The translations under genes and the position numbers were made by a program. A stretch of DNA of 64,000 bases, from the NCBI GenBank assembly GCA_964658305.1, contig OZ210885.1, forward strand, positions 6,944,001-7,008,000, given 5' to 3'. Source of the DNA: Leptogorgia sarmentosa (Eukaryota). The notes below the pieces were generated by a model. The model searched no databases and was not told where the DNA came from. It saw only the letters and a list, made by a program, of their open reading frames with translations. Each line of letters opens with the position of its first letter. Positions within the stretch are counted from its first letter, which is position 1. Below, one piece after another: positions 12,299-24,877 of the stretch.

Positions 12299-12353
12299 GG
12301 GCTTGCACGGGAATCGAACCCGTGCGAGAATCATACCACTAGACCAGCAAGCC
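12299..12353 (-). pseudogene. tRNA-Pro-derived gene lacking ~17 nt including the anticodon loop
   Basis: GGCTTGCTGGTCTAGTGGTATGATTCTCGC joined directly to ACGGGTTCGATTCCCGTGCAAGCCC. Confidence 0.75.
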
Positions 12354-12465
12354 ATCGATGGCATCAAAATGTTTTCTAATGTACTTTGTACTGACGGAGA
12401 AAAATAAGGGAATTAATGTAAAATCTCAGCCATTCCAAAACATTTCCCAATCTTACAGCGAAGTC

Positions 12466-12537
12466 GCCGTGATCGTATAGTGGTTAGTACATTGCGTTGT
12501 GGCCGCAATAACCCAGGTTCGAATCCTGGTCACGGCA
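12466..12537 (+). tRNA. tRNA-His(GTG)
   Basis: GCCGTGA/TCACGGC stem, TTGCG-TTGTGGC-CGCAA arm. Confidence 0.9.
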
Positions 12538-12567
12538 TCTGAATCAAATTGAATTTCGATAGAGTCG

Positions 12568-12641
12568 GTCGCTGTGGCGCAATCGGTTAGCGCGTTCGTC
12601 TGTTAACCGAAAGGTTGTTGGTTCGAATCCAACCAGGGACG
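12568..12641 (+). tRNA. tRNA-Asn(GTT), two stem mismatches
   Basis: GTCGCTGTGGCGCAATCGGTTAGCGCG...CTGTTAACCGAAAGGTTG...GTTCGAATCC. Confidence 0.75.
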
Positions 12642-12685
12642 TGTTTGGTGTGATGTTATTCAGACGTCGTGGCGTTAAAATTCAA

Positions 12686-13396
12686 TGACTTTGACATTCA
12701 GGACACTCGGAGAGCAGGGAGATCCAGATCGGCCCCTAGACCATATGTGATAAGCACCTTGTCCTTTAGCGAAAGGCAATGTCGTAGCATTTGAACCAAT
12801 AAACTATATTACGTCTTCGTATTTATATACGTTACACTCTTCAGGCGTGGTTGTTGTGGGACTCTTTTTGTGAATGCCATTGCGCATGCGCTCACGTTAA
12901 AATTTGTTTTCTTCGTTTTTCTTCGTGTTTTTCAACATCCCAGACATTGTGAAAGTGTTAAAAAGGGAGGATAGTCAAGGAAGAAGAAAAAACGCGAAAA
13001 GAATTCGTCAAGGGCCCTACCATCCGCACAGAACGAGTCTGGTAGATCGCCAGTAGGGACTTACTAAGGCAACCGGAATGCATCGGGGATGCCCGCTATC
13101 ACTTGACCGGTACAAATGTATGACTTTGACATTCAGGACACTCGGAGAGCAGGGAGATGCAGATCGGCCCCTAGACCATAATATGTGATAAGCACCTCCA
13201 TATGTGATAAGCCCATATGTGATAAGCACCTTGTCCTTTAGCAAAAGGCAATGTCGTAGCATTTGAACCAATAAACTATATTATGTCTTCGTATTTATAT
13301 ACGTTACACTCTTCAGGCGTGGTTGTTGTGGGACTCTTTTTGTGAATCCCATTGCGCATGCGCTCACGTCAAAATTTGTTTTCTTCGTTTTTCTTC
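12686..13396. repeat. Local direct duplication (~430-bp period) with ATATGTGATAAGC subrepeats; repeated at ~49137-49836
   Basis: ATGACTTTGACATTCAGG...TTTGTTTTCTTCG occurs twice. Confidence 0.75.
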
Positions 13397-13517
13397 GGTA
13401 TACAAGCGTAAATTTGGGTTTGCAAAAAGCTAATATTATTCTACAGAACGTAGGTAATTTGCGCGACGTTTTGAAGGGATGAGCAAAGAAATATTCTCAA
13501 TTTTTTTGTAAATTTGT

Positions 13518-13641
13518 TGTCAGGAGTGGGATTCGAACCCACGACCACATGTGTGGACCAGAACGCCCTATTATGTCAAGGTTGGTCGTGACAAGTTTTT
13601 GCACTTGAATCTGGCGCCTTAGACCGCTCGGCCATCCTGAC
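13518..13641 (-). tRNA. tRNA-Leu(CAA) with ~40-nt intron
   Basis: Reverse-strand paralogue of 6392-6515. Confidence 0.8.
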
Positions 13642-13898
13642 ACAAATGAAATCATGGAATTTCCTACCACATTTATTCTTTGCTACCTTCAACATTCCAC
13701 ATCCCGTTCTGATTTTCTCTTGACAACTGACGTGAGTCGGATACGAGTATTTCTTTAGTAATTAAATTATTAAGTTCACATTAATTTTGTTCTTGGATCA
13801 ATTTGTTTCAATTAACTCTGAATTGCCAAATGAATGGTGGAAGAGAAAGGTAATACAATTCGCTGCATTATAAAAAAATCAAATGTAATGTCTAAAAT

Positions 13899-13970
13899 AG
13901 GCTCTGCCGAGACTTGAACTCGGATCGCTGGATTCAAAGTCCAAAGTGCTAACCATTACACCACTGAACC
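13899..13970 (-). tRNA. tRNA-Gln(TTG)
   Basis: Reverse complement reads GGTTCAGTGGTGTAATGGTTAGCACTTTGGACTTTGAATCCAG...GTTCAAGTCTCGGCAGAGCCT. Confidence 0.75.
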
Positions 13971-14081
13971 TTAACACGATCATGACAATGTTTCCGAATT
14001 GTTTCACGTTTCTTCCTTTCTTGTACAACGAAAGGCACCACTTCAAACGATGAGAATGTTTACTAAAGAGAAATTACATAA

Positions 14082-14880
14082 TCAGTACCCTCCTAGGTTG
14101 TGAACTAATAGACGCTGACCTATTAGAGCCAAAGCCTTCCTGAAGTCAAATATAATTACTCGTACATCATTACCGCCGTTGCCATCAGTTGATTTTCTCC
14201 AAGAGTGAAGCATGCTTACGAGGGCATGAACGGTGCTTGAGTTTCGAATCGTTCCGTACTGATTGGGGTCAACTTTTGTAAGCACAGCTGGTTTTATAAA
14301 ATTATCAACAAAATAGCCCTCCACGACTTTCGACACAATCGTACTAAGGGAAATGGACCGAAAGTGGCGGTTAACATCGCGTACTGGTTCTTTTTTCGGA
14401 ATTGGTACAACATCTGTGTGTTTCCAAGATTGTGGGAGACCGCCTTCGCGATACGACTTATTTTCAATTTCTGCAATGGGAATGCTGCAAAAATATCAGC
14501 ATTTTCCTTAACGACCCAACCTGAGATACCATCCGGTCCCGTTGATTTACTTGAATTTAGTGTTAGTAAGCTTTTGAAAATCTGAATTTCCTAGACTTGA
14601 AAATCCTGCGCATTACGATCAAGTATTATTTGTTGACTATTCGGAAGTAAGGGAGTAAACTCTTTCATCGGTGCCGCTTATTTCCTTTTCGTAAACGGTC
14701 GTTGCCTTCCGAAACGGCCGATGCCTTCCCTGCTCGCTTTTTGAATGTTACACAATGCCTTCCCACTATAAATACTTTTGTTTTCAAAGATTTTCAGCCA
14801 AAATTGCGTCGGCACCAAGAAATGTGTACGTCCAATTAGAAAATGTACTGTCAAAAGACTTTCGAAAAACAATCAACATG
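14082..14880 (-). mobile_element. Frameshifted non-LTR retrotransposon reverse-transcriptase relic
   Basis: KSTGPDGI...KENADI, WKH.DVVPIPKK, RPISL, SKVVEG...DPNQYG...SSTVHAL...VRVIIFDFRKA motifs spread across frames. Confidence 0.8.
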
Positions 14881-17800
14881 ATTCGTCATGTCAGCGTTTT
14901 CCATGTCAGCGTTTTCCATGTCAGTGTTTTCCATGTCAGCGTTTTCCATGTCAGCGTTTTCCATGTCAGCGTTTTCCATGTCAGTGTTTTCCATGTCAGC
15001 GTTTTCCATGTCAGTGTTTTCCATGTCAGCATTTTCCATGTCAGCGTTTTCCATGTCAGCGTTTTCCATGTCAGTGTTTTCCATGTCAGCATTTTCCATG
15101 TCAGCGTTTTCCATGTCAGTGTCAGTGTGTCAGTGTCAGGATTTTCGAGATAACCCTTAGGGACGGGTGGTAGGGGAGTGAATTGATTTGGCTTTATTTA
15201 ATTGCAACTTGTGTTCTGGATTCGGACGATAGTATTCATATTTGCAACATGAAGTTAGAAATAAAAGAACTCTCAAAAAATCGTATTTGTTATGCCAATA
15301 CTTCCTGTGTAATATTGAGTGTTAAATTACATTTCGCGACGCAAGTTGGATCAGATTTCAATAGACAACAGGGCCAGAGGCGCTTGGAGAGGAAAGCCGA
15401 TATTTCACCGTAAGAACATATTGTATAAGCAAGCTATGAAAAACAAACTATGAAATATACATATAGGAGCAACGGATACATTGGGACATACATAACTTAG
15501 CGATTCAGCCTCGTTTTCGAATTTACTGACTTTATGATTCGCAAAAACATGTACTATTTATAGATCATGATGTTTGGTTGTACAGTTAAATTACTGTAAA
15601 ACAATTCATAATACATATTCAGACAACTATGAATTTCGCAAATTTTTATTTAACAAATAAACCCATGCATACAATGTTAAATACTACAGTGTTTGTCTAT
15701 TTGTGCGAGTGTATTATGCATGCAATTTTAAAAGAAAAGTTCTTTCAAACTAGTTAATTGTTGCCCTTATAACAATTAAAGAAACAATTCTGAACATGTC
15801 ATGCAGAACTTAATTTATACCAATAGTCAAGTCGATTTTGTACGTCCACGCTGTATCTGTGATTATACTACTGATTGGCATCACATTTCTAGCATGTAAT
15901 CATGGATACGTTATAAACGTGGAGTAAAGCATAACTTGCTAATTTCCAATTCGCAAACTTCGTATTAGATTGATAAGAAGAAAAATTTGCGCATGAGCAA
16001 AACGGACTTGACTACAGATTTAAATGTCTAGGAAACAAGTAACCAGATTTTTAATAAGCTAGCGTAGTAGCCATAGCTACAAATTATCTCTAAATTATTA
16101 CAATCATACAGGGTGTACGTACTGTATATACATCTGCAACCTTTATAATGAAAATGTGCAAATAAGATAAGAAAGTTAAGAATTAAGAAAGTTAAGAATT
16201 TAAGTTATATGTTACCAAAGAAAAACCAAATGGCATCATGCAACAAGCTGAATTAAGCGAGATCGATGTCCAATGTATTGGAATTTTGGAGGCATATATC
16301 AAGACATAAACATGATGCCTCCTTTCACGTTCTGAAAAACAACTATAATAAAATATAAAGTAAGGATTAGAAAATCGTGAACTATAGACAGAGTTTAATT
16401 TTATTATATTCTGACTACAATGGGACAATAGGAGACGGAAACTTTATTGCTCACATTTACAACTTTGACTTTTTTATTGTTATAAAAAACATTGTGATTT
16501 TGGACCACGCTACACTCCATGCAGGTAAAAATATTTGGAGTTCTTAGTTTGTAATGTTGCAAATATGGCAAATTTTAATTGTAATTAAAGCAATTAACTT
16601 TTAGTTAAATTAAACCCAGTAATTAGGTTTGTTGCATAGTAAAAAGTAATTAATGTTAACTGCATTTATAAAAAATAGCAAAAGTGTTTTATATTTTTTC
16701 CTCATTATAGTTTAGCGAAAATAATTTGTTCTTTCTTTGGTTATATCGAGGCATTTCTACAATATTTCATGGACGAATTGTCATCATAATGAGGCTGGAT
16801 ATAGCTACAAGAGCAAAACTTTATCTATTTTTCTATAAACAAATTACAGCAAATGATGCAATAAACGTCTAGGGCTGTTATGTATTTTAGGAAGAAGTCT
16901 CTATAGATTGCTAAAACTTGTCGATTTTTAGGCACGGAAATTTTATGTTCCCTAAACATATAAAGTTCCCTAAATTATAAAATTGATTGAGGTCTGTTTT
17001 ACAATCATGGAGATTACATGGGAGTAGGCTTTTTTTCAAATCATTTTCGGTATATTCTGCTTTATGTTAAAATGATTTACCTTATGGCATTGTTGAAGTA
17101 GGTTTTTAATTAATTAGATATATAAGACTTCGACTTCTGATGGAGTGAAGTAATAGCTTCCCGCCAGGAGGGATTTTGTGTTGCCTTGGTTGTAAGTGTA
17201 TCCAGATGGAGCATGGTAGGTGTAACCAAAATTCGTGTAGGAGTTGGTGTTTGATTTCGCATCGTTGGCAATGCGCAAGTCGTGACCACCACCAAATGTT
17301 GGTCCATATGTACTGTGACGGTAAAATGCATTCCCGTGATTCTGGTCTTTCAGAGGAGCCTTGAATGGTGGAAGGTCATCTTTATTGCGCAGGGAAAACA
17401 AAAATGATCCTGGAGCAGATCTATAACCACCTGTAAAAATTAACGCTGTTAACTTGGCCTTGGGTAGATATGATTGATCTTGCTAATCGAATATTTCGTG
17501 ATGAAGATCATTAGTTTCGGAAAAGTAGGCTGCAGCCTATAAACATTGGCTGGCTGTGGATTTTTTGCAATCCAGGAAATACATATTTAAATTCTAAACT
17601 CTCAGTGACACAGATTTTTATTTAATTAGCCTAAGTGGTTCAAAGTTCAAATGCATAAATGAGTGAGTAACCTTAGTTCAAAAACAGCGAATTCAGAGAA
17701 GTTGCCCCTTCCCAAAACAATAAACGTTCAACTGTGAGCGCGCAATGCATCGTCAGGAAGCATGACATTTTCTAGCATATAAATGAAGTATTAAAAGCTG

Positions 17801-20634
17801 AGGTGTAACCGAATAAGATGCCGCGTGCGTATAGCCAAGACGGATGATGTAGAGCAATATGGTTGACCGAAATCATGGGCTTTTATATTGAAGAAGTGAG
17901 CATCTTATAGATCTCAAAGAAAACGATTTCTGAAATATGTAGACAGTGTAACCCCCTTAGTTGTTTGATTGTATGGACAAGCTAGCATAAGTAAATTTTG
18001 AGTGTAAAACGAAAAATACTCTTTAAAATTGAAAATATTAAAAAATCCATCCCATTGTCAGGGTATTGCAGAGAATACCCTATCACGACGACCCTCTAAT
18101 ATTACGGGCATGCATTTTTAGTTTACATCAACTAAACAAATTATATAACACGGTAGATTATCTGGGCAAAAAGACACAACTGTTGCAATTGATGCCTACC
18201 ACATGCACGTATCTGCAGTTAAGACATTTTGAAATATTTTATATTGTCACGGCACAAATTTAAAGCTATCAATCTTTAATCAACAGTACTTTTCCAGTAT
18301 GTTTTGTTACATTTGCCACACACAAATTCTACAACTCTCTGTCACCCAAGTCACGAGCAATTGGCTGAACAGCTGAAGTGGTATGCCACAGCAGCATATC
18401 CCTTTTCTGGCCTTTGGAAAGATGAAACAAATCTTGGAATATTTTTGACTAACCAGCTCATTGTCGTATTGTCAACGGTTTTTGAGATACCGTTGAGACT
18501 GGATTCCACCATCCTATTCATAGGTGTAGAGTTTTAGTTTTGTCTGGGGGGGGCTCATACCTGGTTACACATAACATCGACTACCGTAGTACAAGCAACA
18601 AACATCCTTAACTCTTAAGGGTTTAGGGGGTGTGAAAAACATAGGTGAATTGTAATACAACATTTGCAAACATTTTAACTAGAACTGACTTAAACCACCA
18701 GAATTTCCCAAGAAATTTTATTTAGGTTGTATATAGCAATTTAACAAAATGTACTAACAAAACTTCAACGTACAAGAGCTTAGAGTAATCTTATTTGACT
18801 ATTTGAGTCTATTTATTAGATGGCATGAAAATGTTCTTTCGTACAGTTGACTTACAAATTTCAGCAATATTTTTGCAGGGGCTGAGCCCCCAGTATAAAA
18901 TTTCTGGGGGGCCCGAGCCCCAGAGCCCCCCCCCCCCCAACTCTACACCTATGATCCTATTGTATTCAGCGACCCGATTTTGAAGCCAGAATATTTTTAT
19001 CAATATATTATTGTGTCAAATTTTGGACTAGGCTAAAAAGTGAAGACTACTTTTCAAGTTGTGTTCTTTCTAAAGCCGTTTGGGGTTTTGTTTTCGATAA
19101 ACGTCGGATTTGTTTTGGGTCTATTTCCAAGAGCCGCAAGGGTTGCAAACCTTAAGTTAATTTAACGCTATGATTCCGTCCGCTGCTGATTTACAAAAAA
19201 ATAAATTCGCATCTTCTGTTATTAAGGCGAGAGTAGACTGATGCCTCAGGTATGCATTTCTAGTATAACTGTAATTAACTTACTGTGAGTATTCCACGGC
19301 TCACTAGCATAACCACCAAAAACATACTTTTTATTGTTGTTGGTAACTTGAACGATAGTTATGGTCGGTGATTTTCCATCACATCTTGAATGAAATGTAC
19401 TCGCAGCCCAACCATCTCGTGTTGCTCTCCAACAAATGATCCAATATCCTGTTATGGGCAACCATTCTTTCAATTTCTTTTCGAATTCGTTCGGTTCATT
19501 TTTCAATATCTCTGACACGTCTAGGTGAATATAAATTTAATCGAACAATGTCGGACAAGGCCCAGGCTAGGGCGTTAATTTTGGGGGGTGAATGTTCATA
19601 ATTATATTGATATTCTGCAGATGTCTTTTGAAATTTAAGAGAACTGATTTCAAAATAAATAGCCCTAGCTACGGCCGTTACTTTTGTATACTTTTGTATT
19701 ACGTGCGAAATGAAGTAACTAATTTAGTTAGCAATTGACGCACGTAGCTAATACAAAAGTATACAAATTTTCCCTACTTTGCACGGTTATATTTTCCGTA
19801 TTTTATCACATTTTGCACCCAAACTTTGCAATGTTAGTAATTTTGGGATGCTCTTTAACGCTATTGTTATGAATTGTACTATTTCGAACTTTTTAAAAAT
19901 TTGTCTATTATGCAATTGGTCCATTTAAGACTTCATTGGAGACATGAAAACACATCTCCACTAGTGGAGAAGCCGTGCATCCCCACGATTTGGGATGATC
20001 GTGAATTCGTGATCTTGCAACTTGCAACGCATTTGTTAAGAGATGTAAATTAGTGAACCTATATCTGACTTGTAAGGAAATCATTAGGAAATTGTAATGG
20101 AGACAAGTACTTGCAAATTTCACGTCTCTCAACTCAACAGTTGTAACACGACCTTAAATACCGCGAAAACAATCAAGTTCTAGAGGAATGAACATAACCA
20201 AATTTTCGGGCTAGCTTCGCCACTGGTCTCCACAGTCTACACGTCACACCAAACAAAACTGAAATACATCGTTTCACGACGAAATAAATCACCTTTGAGA
20301 TTCTGGCAATATTTTCCACTGGGACATGTGCAGTTGTATGATCCTTGAGCGTTGTTACAAGTTGCGTCAGCATGACAGCCATGGCTGCCTTCAGAGCATT
20401 CGTCAATGTCTGAAAAATTAAAAATAATAAAAATATTTTTGTTTGACAATTTCAAATTTTTTTTGCGGGATTTCGCCGAATAAAAGATTGGCGACATATT
20501 TACCTGTACAATTCTGCCCATTTCCTCGGTAACCTTGAGAGCATTTACATTTGTATGAACCGTCAGTATTTGTACAGTTTGCATTCAAGTCGCAATGATT
20601 GGACTTGTCCAGACATTCGTCAATATCTAACATA
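14240..20634. repeat. Right arm of the large inverted duplication
   Basis: Reverse complement of 1-5800. Confidence 0.9.
14890..15114 (+). repeat. 15-bp minisatellite GTCAGCGTTTTCCAT x15
   Basis: Direct tandem array. Confidence 0.95.
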
Positions 20635-23600
20635 ATGACAAAAATTAGCGAGATCATTCCTTGATTTAAGATTATGCAATCTGAAAGTAACTTCCGATAT
20701 ACAAAAAAGTTGCAATAATACATTGTTTTAAATGCGTAATAATATTATTGGCACATCTTGCATTTTGATCTCAAATATCATATACCTGCGCAAGTGCGGC
20801 CATTCCAAGTGTATCCACTTCTACACTGACAGTCGTAAGAACCTGGAGTGTTGATACATGTTGCATTGAAATTACATGTATGGTTTTGCTGAGAGCATTC
20901 GTCAACATCTGAAATAATTAAAATAATGGTGCATGAAAAACGCGCCAAAGGTTGACTGAACTGAGAAGTCCCTCACTGCCTCTGGCTGGTCAGGGAAAAC
21001 ATGGTGGTTTTTATACAGGTGAATATGGAAGAAAAGATTCGCGACATATTTACCTGTACAATTCTGCCCATTTCCTCGGTAACCTGGAGAGCATTTACAT
21101 TTGTATGAACCGTCAGTATTTGTGCAGTTTGCATTCGAGTCACAATGATTGGACTTTTCCAGACATTCGTCAATATCTAACATAATGACAAAAATTAGCG
21201 AGCTCATTCCTTGATTTAAGATTATGCAATCTGAAAGTAACTTCCGATATACAAAAAAGTTGCAATAGTGCATTGTTTTATAATGCGTAATAATATTATT
21301 GGTACATATTGCATTTTGATCTCAAATATCATATACCTGCACAAGTGCGGCCATTTCCAGTGTATCCACTCCTACACTGACAGTCGTAAGAACCTGGAGT
21401 GTTGACACATGTTGCATTGAAATGACATCTGTGGCTATCCTGAGAGCATTCATCAATGTCTGAAATAATTGAAATATGCATGATAGATTTCGGAGACAGA
21501 AAGGGCGAGCGAATTAGGAGGGAGTTAAAACAATCATTGAAAAGTTCAAAAGAAATCATGCATTGCCCTTTTTTGTAATTCGAACAAACCAGGGTATTCT
21601 ACATTATCCCATACCTTGCGTATTAGCGGATTTCATATTGGCTAAGAGGAGGTGCGTTCGAACTCGAGCCCACCCGCTGACGTATGTTTAGGAGGTGGTT
21701 TAATGATTGAAAATGGAATATTTTATATTCAAAGTGGAAGTGAAGAAAGATGACCGCCAAAATTTGTTCGGCACGGGCAGTCCAGATAAATCTTTTTAGC
21801 GAAATGGCATGGGATAAAAACTAAACATACCTGCAAGGTTTGGTAATTCCGTGATTGGACGCAATCCCGGACTCACCACCCTGCATGTATGTTTATTATT
21901 TAACCTCCTTTGTAGGTAGTTTGAATGGACACTTTTACGGAAGGATAAAAGGAACTCGATAAACAATTATATATTCATATTATATATTCAATGAACACAA
22001 TTATATATTCATATATTCTACGACATGTAATCTGCAGGCAACTTACATGTTTTGATCTGTATCCAGTGTGTATTTTGAATAATAACATTTAAAGTTACAC
22101 TAGTTACACTTACTATCTAAAGAGGATGAAAATTCGACTTTTCGAGCATAGGCTATTTGTCGGGCTCTTAGTACACAGTGTGTATGAAGCAAAAAGCTGA
22201 ACAAATTTAAAATTGCTCTCAAATTCGCAAAACGGATCGGGGTAGGATATGCATACGAGAATAATTAGCATTTTGCATGCATAATTATCTAATGTGCATA
22301 TGCAAATTAAGGACAAGCGTCAATTTAGCATGGGAAAAGCTAATTATTCTCGTAAGGTTCTCGTAACCCGAACCGTCTTGGGACTTCATATTTGTTTTCG
22401 TCTTTTCCTTAACCCTGTATAGTCGACTCCTTAAAACACGAAGGCCCTTCACCCTTAGGTAGTAGTAAGTTATCAATTTTGACATAATTATTTACGAGTT
22501 TACCTTTGTAGGAGATTCTGTTTTAATTCATAATTCTTGCTTACCTTTAGTGACCTACAGAGTAACAAAATTTAGCTTAAGAATTTTTCATGAAATAAAA
22601 TAAGTTTTTTGGGGGTTTTTAGGGTAAGGGGTTTAGCTTTAGAGTTGGGTTAGTTTTATATTTAGGGTTAGTTTTAGTTTGATTCAGTGCTTGGAAACCA
22701 ATATTATGGAAATAGATTTAGGAGCAACCTAATTTTGGCGACAACACGAAAATTTATTTCGAGTGTTGAACATGACATCCCACTCGCACGCGTGAGATAT
22801 CACGTTTCACACGAGAAATAGATCTGGGACCAGTTGTATAAAACTCTTAACTACATTTTAACTATCCGTTTTGCAGTTAAATGGTAGTTAACTCTGCAAT
22901 ACGCGTTTCTGATTGGTCAAGTTTCGCACTTAACTAAAGTTAATTTTAAGTACGTTTTTGTACAACCGGCCCCTGGTGTTTTTCAAAATATCGTACAAAA
23001 CAAATAAACAATTTGAAAAAATGGTGCTAAACATTTTGGACTAATTTTTTATTAAATGATATACAGCGTTGTAAGAGATAAATTTGAAACGTTTGATTTG
23101 ATAAATTTGAAGCGAAGAGATAAACGTTGATACGACATTTTTTATCGAGCCATGCATTATTCCTATTTATAAAATAGCCGGATGTAAGTGAAAAAGCTTG
23201 CGCGCGTAATTGGCTAACAGCCGTGTTGTTGTGAGATTATGTAAACACAGCTATTTCCCCAGAATCAGCTCAGCAGAATAAATATGACTCATTTTGCAGA
23301 TACATGATTCAGTGGCGGGTTACTAGTTCCGGGTCCTGTAGGCTGAAGACGAAATTACGGGCCTTGGAGATGATATCTATTCCCATGCCACCAGTCACTA
23401 AATTTACTTATGAATTTAAGCAGCTAGTAGCCTAGTTTTCATGATAAACTGACAGTAGTATGAGACAACGATTGACTAATTCGTCGATTGAAGCGGGATT
23501 CGAACTTGTATGCTTTCCAGTTCAACCGTCTAGTAGAAATGGCATAATAATGATAGACGTTACGTTTCGTTAAGCCATGGTTGAAATGGAATCCGGGCTT

Positions 23601-24877
23601 TCGGGTTTTTTGAACTGAATAGAAAGTAAAAATATAAATTTTACGAATTACGGGCCTCTCGAAAGCCCGGGCCTGTAGGCTTCAGCCTACATAGCATATT
23701 GGGTAATCCGCTACTGACATTATTCTTACCAAAACATCCTCGTAGAAATTCCAAGATTCATTCCTCATCTTTGTCATGTTCATTTTCACGGAGCTGTTGC
23801 TTAACTGGCAGTTGGTTGTATAAACACTGCTAGGTCTAACTCTGAAGTTATAACCGTAACAATTCTCTGCATTTACACAGTGAATATGGCATTCTGCCAA
23901 AAGATGAACGTTGTGACTTGAGATTAAATTTCGTGGACGAAATGCTTCGTTTCCTGCCAAAGAACACAAACACAACTGTAGTCATTGACTATTGAACCAC
24001 AGATATTCATGCATGGCGTGTGCTGATGAAACTGACTGTAGTGGCACCTTTTTGAGGCCAAGCTATACTATTTGCTCTATCTATATATATAATGGTTGTT
24101 TAGTTAACATTATTAACTAAATTACCATAATGACCGTGGTATGAATTATGGATATTCTTTAGGTTTATTCCCTGGACCTTGTTCAGAATAGCAGTTAAGA
24201 TATTTCGCGCTATTATCATAACCCGTTATCCGACCAAAAAGACCCACTTTTCTGCATAAAAATACATATTACATAATAAATATCCTCGCCCCCCCCCCCT
24301 CCCCCCGACGGGTGGACCACAAAAAACATTAGGCACTTTAAGATTTACGTTTACGGCATACGGCTAACCGCAAACGGCAAACTTCCAATCGTATTTTGGT
24401 GTGATTTGTAAACGGAATAATCGTGAATAATCCGAATATGAAATAAAAATCGCTTGCTGGGCACTAATATTCATATTCAGATTAAGATTCCCGCCTGGTA
24501 TTTCAATTGCCACAATTCTGAAACGACGTGAATAATCCACTTTGCTGCTGAAAACTTGTAGAACTTACCTTAAAATACAATTTGAACTTTGCCGCTTGCG
24601 GTTAGCGATTTGCTAGGAGCGTCAATCTTAAGGTTTCTACTGTATGCCAGAAGATCACCTGAATTATTACGCCCATCCTATAAGTGCAATTTGGCTGCTG
24701 GACTTTAAACGCACCAGCCTAACTTTGTCCTTAGTGCAGGGCAAAGAAAACGTTAAAATACTTACCAAGGCCGACTTTCTTGAAATGTCTCTGAATACAT
24801 GACTTTCCGTCTTCGGAAACAGTTCCCAGGGAAGCGGACATTGAAAGTATCACCAGTAACAATGGAAGAAAGTTCAT
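17114..24877 (-). CDS. Copy B: signal peptide-PAN-5x cbEGF-TLDc; exons 24766-24877, 23730-23953, 22545-22554, 21337-21459, 21054-21176, 20786-20908, 20504-20626, 20293-20409, 19284-19520, 17114-17430
   Basis: Starts MNFLPLLLVILSMSASLG (hydrophobic leader). PAN-like exon ECHIHCVNAENCYGYNF...NCQLS. All exons are GT-AG and phase compatible, with no internal stop in the assembled model. Confidence 0.8.

Noticed and set aside
14890..15114. Possible CRISPR array
   Set aside because: Head-to-tail repeats with no unique spacers, in a eukaryotic context.
14755..15173. Repetitive ORFs (VSVFH, FPCQR, SAFSM, MENAD repeats)
   Set aside because: Translations of a stop-free 15-bp minisatellite; unit number varies between copies and there is no gene context.
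21831..21880. AG/GT-bounded 50-nt candidate exon in copy B
   Set aside because: Its length breaks the phase-1 frame and it has no counterpart in copy C.
22610..22680. Telomere-like TTAGGG-type repeats
   Set aside because: Short and highly degenerate; more likely part of an interspersed repeat than a telomere or fusion scar.
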